64,000 bases of DNA from the human T2T-CHM13v2.0 reference genome, Homo sapiens. A model generated the notes under the pieces. It was given only the letters and a program-made list of their open reading frames with translations, did no database searches and was not told where the DNA came from. How positions within the stretch are numbered: the stretch's first letter is position 1; each line of letters starts with the position of its first letter. Position numbers and translations under genes: made by a program. Where the stretch lies: NCBI RefSeq assembly GCF_009914755.1, contig NC_060939.1; one strand, 5' to 3'. Below are positions 56,250 through 64,000 of the stretch, piece after piece.

Positions 56250-57553
56250 GCTATCTCCCGCCCTCTCTTTTTTTGCAAAAGAAGCTCAAGTACATCTAAT
56301 CTAATCCCTTACCAAGGCCTGAATTCTTCACTTCTGACATCCCAGATTTGATCTCCCTACAGAATGCTGTACAGAACTGGCGAGTTGATTTCTGGACTTG
56401 GATACCTCATAGAAACTACATATGAATAAAGATCCAATCCTAAAATCTGGGGTGGCTTCTCCCTCGACTGTCTCGAAAAATCGTACCTCTGTTCCCCTAG
56501 GATGCCGGAAGAGTTTTCTCAATGTGCATCTGCCCGTGTCCTAAGTGATCTGTGACCGAGCCCTGTCCGTCCTGTCTCAAATATGTACGTGCAAACACTT
56601 CTCTCCATTTCCACAACTACCCACGGCCCCTTGTGGAACCACTGGCTCTTTGAAAAAAATCCCAGAAGTGGTTTTGGCTTTTTGGCTAGGAGGCCTAAGC
56701 CTGCTGAGAACTTTCCTGCCCAGGATCCTGTGTGACCAAAAGTGCCTCTGCTGGGAGCTGGGATCCTCGGGACCATGCTTGCTAGCGCTGGATGAGTCTC
56801 TGGAAGGACGCACGGGACTCCGCAAAGCTGACCTGTCCCACCGAGGTCAAATGGATACCTCTGCATTGGCCCGAGGCCTCCGAAGTACATCACCGTCACC
56901 AACCGTCACCGTCAGCATCCTTGTGAGCCTGCCCAAGGCCCCGCCTCCGGGGAGACTCTTGGGAGCCCGGCCTTCGTCGGCTAAAGTCCAAAGGGATGGT
57001 GACTTCCACCCACAAGGTCCCCACTGAACGGCGAAGATGTGGAGCGTAGGTCAGAGAGGGGACCAGGAGGGGAGACGTCCCGACAGGCGACGAGTTCCCA
57101 AGGCTCTGGCCACCCCACCCACGCCCCACGCCCCACGTCCCGGGCACCCGCGGGACACCGCCGCTTTATCCCCTCCTCTGTCCACAGCCGGCCCCACCCC
57201 ACCACGCAACCCACGCACACACGCTGGAGGTTCCAAAACCACACGGTGTGACTAGAGCCTGACGGAGCGAGAGCCCATTTCACGAGGTGGGAGGGGTGGG
57301 GGTGGGGTGGGTTGGGGGTTGTGGGGTCTGTGGCGAGCCCGATTCTCCCTCTTGGGTGGCTACAGGCTAGAAATGAATATCGCTTCTTGGGCGGAGGGGC
57401 TTCCTTAGGCCATCACCGCTTGCGGGACTACCTCTCAAACCCTCCCTTGAGGCCACAAAATAGATTCCACCCCACCCATCGACGTTTCCCCCGGGTGCTG
57501 GATGTATCCTGTCAAGAGACCTGAGCCTGACACCGTCGAATTAAACACCTTGA

Positions 57554-57787
<234 letters not shown>

Positions 57788-57829
57788 TAGATTCGAGCCA
57801 CACCTCATTCCGTGCCACAGAGAGACTTC

Positions 57830-60800
57830 TTTTTTTTTTTTTTTTTAAGCGCAACGCAACATGTCTGCCTTATTTGAGTGGCTTCCTATATCATTATAAT
57901 TGTGTTATAGATGAAGAAACGGTATTAAACACTGTGCTAATGATAGTGAAAGTGAAGACAAAAGAAAGGCTATCTATTTTGTGGTTAGAATAAAGTTGCT
58001 CAGTATTTAGAGCTACCTAAATACGTCAGCATTTACACTCTTCCTAGTAAAAGCTGGCCAATCTGAATAATCCTCCTTTAAACAAACACAATTTTTGATA
58101 GGGTTAAGATTTTTTTAAGAATGCGACTCCTGCAAAATAGCTGAACAGACGATACACATTTAAAAAAATAACAACACAAGGATCAACCAGACTTGGGAAA
58201 AAATCGAAAACCACACAAGTCTTATGAAGAACTGAGTTCTTAAAATAGGACGGAGAACGTAGCTATCGGAAGAGAAGGCAGTATTGGCAAGTTGATTGTT
58301 ACGTTGGTCAGCAGTAGCTGGCACTATCTTTTTGGCCATCTTTCGGGCAATGTAACTACTACAGCAAAATGAGATATGATCCATGAAACAACATATTCGC
58401 AAATCAAAAAGTGTTTCAGTAATATAATGCTTCAGATTTAGAAGCAAATCAAATGATAGAACTCCACTGCTGTAATAAGTCACCCCAAAGATCACCGTAT
58501 CTGACAAAATAACTACCACAGGGTTATGACTTCAGAATCATACTTTCTCTTGATATTTACTTATGTATGTATTTATTTTTTTTAATTTATTTCTCTTGAG
58601 ACGGCGTCTCGCTCTGTCGCCCAGGCTGGAGTGCGATGGTGTGATCTCGGCTCACTGCAACCGCCACCTCCCTGGGTTCAAGCGATTCTCCTGCCTCAGC
58701 CTCCCGAGTAGCTGGGACTACAGGTGCCCGCCACCACGCCCAGCTAATCTTTATACTTTTAATAGAGACGGGGTTTCACCGTGTCGGCCCGGATGGTCTC
58801 GATCTCTTGACCTCGTGACCCGCCCGCCTCGGCCTCCCAAAGTGCTGGGATGACAGGCGTGAGCCACTGAGCCCGGCCTTCTCTTGACGTTTAAACTATG
58901 AAGTCAGTCCAGAGAAACGCAATAAATGTCAACGGTGAGGATGGTGTTGAGGCAGAAGTAGGACCACACTTTTTCCTATCTTATTCAGTTGATAACAATA
59001 TGACCTAGGTAGTAATTTCCTATGTGCCTACTTATACACGAGTACAAAAGAGTAAAACAGAGAGACTGCTAAATTAAAGGGTACGTGAAGTTCTTCATAG
59101 TAACTCCGTAAACTGGAACACTGTCAAAAAGCAGCAGCTAGTGAATTGTTTCCATGTATTTTTCTATGATCCAATAAGTGAACTATGCTATTCCTTTCCA
59201 GTCTCCCAAGCACTTCTTGTCCCCATCACCACTTCGGTGCTCGAAGAAAAAGTAACAAATCAAGGAACACAACTAAAGAAACACACACACAAACCAAAGA
59301 CAACTACAGCGTCTGCAAAAGTTTGCTAGAAGACTGAAACTGTTGAGTATAAGGATCTGGTATTCTACGATGATCATGAGTTCACTTCAGAGTTTGTTCA
59401 AGACATACGTTTCGTAAGGAAACATCTTAGTTAGAAGTTATTCAGCAGTAGGTACCATCCCTAAGTATTTTTCACCAAATTCGTGACAATAAAGAGCTAT
59501 CTAACCAGAAAAATTAGCGAGTACCGGCACCATCCATAGGGCTTTGTCTTTACGCTTCATTAGCACTTACCATGCCTTACAATGTCTAGGATTGACCCTG
59601 ATAGCATTTCGAAAACAAGCTAATGCTTTGTCCAGTTCTTCAGTGAAGACAAGCTCACGCCCTAATGCGCTATAGGCATAAGCATCATTTGGATCCACTT
59701 CGAGAGTTCTCTGGAAGAATTGAATCGCAATATCGTGTTCCCGTTGCAGACCGAAACAGTTCCCTGCAGCACACCAGGCCTCTGGCTGGCGAATTTTTAT
59801 CCATGTCTGTGAAGTCTTTGGACAGAACTGAAAGAGCAACCTCTTTCGGAGGATGCCAAAGTGTTGTAGAGTAGATCTCCATGCCTTCGACTCTGTAATT
59901 CTCAATCCTCCTAACCTCTGAGAATTGTCTTTCAGCTTGCGTGGACTCTGAAAGTTTACAATAGGCCCTTCCGATTTGGCACAGTACCCAACCGGTATTG
60001 CAGTGGTGAGAAGCTAGATGGCTCAAGATGCTGATAGCTTCTTTGCCGTGGTAAGAACACAAAGCTAAATAACCTTTCCCCCTTTCACGAAGAAGGCTCA
60101 TCAAGCCTTCCGCTGCTGCTTTTTGTAGATTAAAAGCCTGAATCTGAGGCGCGATTGCGGCTATTTTCCCTTCTGAAATGACGGAAGAGTCCAATTTTGT
60201 CACTTCCAGGCTATCACTTATGTTCGGTGGAGTTATTGCTCCTTTATTAGTTTTACTTTTGGTTCTTCTGTTTGGGATTTTAGGTGGAAACTTCATTTTT
60301 AATTTTCTCCTATTCTCCTCGGTTGTGGAGCTGTCACTAGTCAAGAGTCGTGAATTTCTTCGAGGCGGTGCATTTGGGGGAGATGCCATAGTGGGGCTCA
60401 ATACCTGAGGTGTTGCCCTTGTCGGCGGACCAGAACTTTGTGTTTTTGCAAGGACTGGAGTTACCTTTCGGCTCTTTCCCCTCTGCGAGAAGACAGACGG
60501 TGTTCCGGTTTGGCCGATTCTGGCAACAGGCTTTTCTGAAGGGGCTCCGGTGGATGGCACGTCAATGACAGACGGTGTCTCATACCAGTGCAGTTTTGTC
60601 AATAGGGTCCGTCTCCGGGACTTGGGGTTTCTAATGGCAAAATGCCAACACTTGGGGTTAATGGACTAACAGCTGCTGGTCCTCCTAATAAACTTCGACC
60701 AGTTTTTGGTTTATGTTGAACCTGTTTAGATCATATGGAAGTTCCTGTTCCCAGTGGGACAGTATCAGGTGAAAGGACAGCTGAATCGATAGAAGACACT

Positions 60801-61631
60801 GGGGAGTCTGTATTCAAGGAGTACTTTGAATTGGAAGATTCTAAATTCCATCCGTTTCATTCGACGGTGTCCTGGGGTGTTTCCGTAAGAACGGTCTCGG
60901 GCTGTCTGTGACATAAACTAGGACGAGGTCCAAGTGTTGTGGCGCAACACTTGGACAGGCAGTTGCTAAAGCTCTCTAGAGAGGTGAATCAAAATGTTTG
61001 GTCAGGATCTGGCTTTTCCCCCCTATTTCACATCATGATTCAAAGGGACACCAGAGGAAAGGATTTCAACGAAGGCTCTTTTGGTCACATTCTGATCCTT
61101 TGGTAAGCCGATCTGTCTTGCAATATACATGTCCCGACGATGGAAGGGGAAAGCGAGCTGAATCACCAAACTCAGGAACGATAATATCATCGTGGCTTTT
61201 CTGCTTATGAAACACTCCACCCGATAAGATTTGATCCCCTTCTGCAAGCTTGCTGAGATCAACACAACATTTCGCAAGCAGGCATTTGCATTGCGGGGTA
61301 GTACAACTGTGTCCTTTCAAGAGTCTATATGTTTTATAGGCCTTTCCTGAGCGGTAAGAACAGGTCGCCAGTAAGAACAAGGCTTCTTCTGAGTGTACTT
61401 CTGCATAAAGGCGTTCTGCGGGGGAAACCGCATCTCGGTAGGCATAGTGGTTTAGTGCTTGCCATATAGCAGCCTGGACGGGTCCCTGCAGCACCGCCAT
61501 CCTCGAGGCTCAGGCCCACTTTCTGCAGTGCCACAGGCACCCCCCCCCCCCCCCATAGCGGCTCCGGCCCGGCCAGCCTCGGCTCATTTAAAGGCACCAG
61601 CCGCCGTTACCGGGGGATGGGGGAGTCCGAG
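57830..61631 (-). pseudogene. CDC27P: CDC27 processed pseudogene, copy in the next unit
   Basis: Identical ORF fragments at 59567-61500, offset 43949. Confidence 0.93.
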
Positions 61632-62421
61632 ACAGAATGACTTCTTTATCCTGCTGACTCTGGAAAGCCCGGCGCCTTGTGATCCATTGCAAACCGAGAG
61701 TCACCTCGTGTTTAGAACACGGATCCACTCCCAAGTTCAGTGGGGGGATGTGAGGGGTGTGGCAGGTAGGACGAAGGACTCTCTTCCTTCTGATTCGGTC
61801 TGCACAGTGGGGCCTAGGGCTGGAGCTCTCTCCGTGCGGACCGCTGACTCCCTCTACCTTGGGTTCCCTCGGCCCCACCCTGGAACGCCGGGCCTTGGCA
61901 GATTCTGGCCCTTCCTGGCCCTTCAGTCGCTGTCAGAAACCCCATCTCATGCTCGGATGCCCCGAGTGACTGTGGCTCGCACCTCTCCGGAAACATTGGA
62001 AATCTCTCCTCTACGCGCGGCCACCTGAAACCACAGGAGCTCGGGACACACGTGCTTTCGGGAGAGAATGCTGAGAGTCTCTTGCCGACTCTCTCTTGAC
62101 TTGAGTTCTTCGTGGGTGCGTGGTTAAGACGTAGTGAGACCAGATGTATTAACTCAGGCCGGGTGCTGGTGGCTCACGCCTGTAACCCCAACACTTTGGG
62201 AGGCCGAGGCCGTAGGATCCCTCGAGGAATCGCCTAACCCTGGGGAGGTTGAGGTTGCAGTGAGTGAGCCATAGTTGTGTCACTGTGCTCCAGTCTGGGC
62301 GAAAGACAGAATGAGGCCCTGCCACAGGCAGGCAGGCAGGCAGGCAGGCAGAAAGACAACAGCTGTATTATGTTCTTCTCAGGGTAGGAAGCAAAAATAA
62401 CAGAATACAGCACTTAATTAA

Positions 62422-62544
<123 letters not shown>

Positions 62545-62766
62545 TGAGTAGCTGGGATTACAGGGAGGAGCCACCACACCCAGCTGATTTTGTATTGTTA
62601 GTAGAGACGGCATTTCTCCATGTGGGTCAGGCTGGTCTCGAACTGGCGACCCCAGTGGATCTGCCCGCCCCGGCCTCCCAAAGTGCTGGGGTGACAGGCG
62701 TGAGCCATCGTGACTGGCCGGCTACGTTTATTTATTTATTTTTTTAATTATTTTACTTTTTTTTAG

Positions 62767-63025
<259 letters not shown>

Positions 63026-64000
63026 TAGCCAGGATGGTCTCGATCTCCTGACCCCGTGATCCGTCCACCTCGGCCTCCCAAAGTGCTGGGATGACAGGCG
63101 TGAGCCACCGCCCCCGGCCTATTTATCTATTTATTAACTTTGAGTCCAGGTTATGAAACCAGTTAGTTTTTGTAATTTTTTTTTTTTTTTTTTTTTTTTG
63201 AGACGAGGTTTCACCGTGTTGCCAAGGCTTGGACCGAGGGATCCACCGGCCCTCGGCCTCCCAAAAGTGCGGGGATGACAGGCGCGAGCCTACCGCGCCC
63301 GGACCCCCCCTTTCCCCTTCCCCCGCTTGTCTTCCCGACAGACAGTTTCACGGCAGAGCGTTTGGCTGGCGTGCTTAAACTCATTCTAAATAGAAATTTG
63401 GGACGTCAGCTTCTGGCCTCACGGACTCTGAGCCGAGGAGTCCCCTGGTCTGTCTATCACAGGACCGTACACGTAAGGAGGAGAAAAATCGTAACGTTCA
63501 AAGTCAGTCATTTTGTGATACAGAAATACACGGATTCACCCAAAACACAGAAAGCAGTCTTTTAGAAATGGCCTTAGCCCTGGTGTCCGTGCCAGTGATT
63601 CTTTTCGGTTTGGACCTTGACTGAGAGGATTCCCAGTCGGTCTCTCGTCTCTGGACGGAAGTTCCAGATGATCCGATGGGTGGGGGACTTAGGCTGCGTC
63701 CCCCCAGGAGCCCTGGTCGATTAGTTGTGGGGATCGCCTTGGAGGGCGCGGTGACCCACTGTGCTGTGGGAGCCTCCATCCTTCCCCCCACCCCCTCCCC
63801 AGGGGATCCCAATTCATTCCGGGCTGACACGCTCACTGGCAGGCGTCGGGCATCACCTAGCGGTCACTGTTACTCTGAAAACGGAGGCCTCACAGAGGAA
63901 GGGAGCACCAGGCCGCCTGCGCACAGCCTGGGGCAACTGTGTCTTCTCCACCGCCCCCGCCCCCACCTCCAAGTTCCTCCCTCCCTTGTTGCCTAGGAAA

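Overview
Human 45S ribosomal DNA tandem array (acrocentric NOR), about 1.46 units. The sequence repeats with an exact period of 43,949 bp (position 1 = position 43950). One complete Pol I transcription unit lies on the + strand: TSS 24844, 5'ETS, 18S 28483-30351, ITS1, 5.8S 31426-31582, ITS2, 28S 32751-37808 and 3'ETS, followed by 11 Sal-box-like terminators in three R-repeats. The intergenic spacer (IGS) contains two Long/Butterfly repeats, three (CT)-rich blocks, about 25 Alu pieces, a minus-strand CDC27 retrocopy, the RGC p53 site, a CTCF motif and spacer terminators. No credible protein-coding gene is present; the long ORFs are microsatellite or GC-rich artefacts. Main observations: (1) a diverged ~490-bp repeat family with at least 4 copies in two IGS clusters, about 15 kb and 3.5-5 kb upstream of the TSS, whose conserved islands are RFX X-box-like and TCF/LEF motifs plus a Pol I initiator-like word; (2) the CDC27 retrocopy is 3.8 kb with target-site duplications and reads through a splice donor into about 1.7 kb of apparent intron, suggesting an intronically polyadenylated isoform; (3) 17 of 20 Alu left arms carry the same A27C change (TGTAAT to TGTCAT); (4) a hidden ~180-270-bp monomer structure in the CT blocks; (5) the two unit copies look identical, which suggests a modelled assembly. 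Comparisons with references and literature are from memory and are flagged as such.
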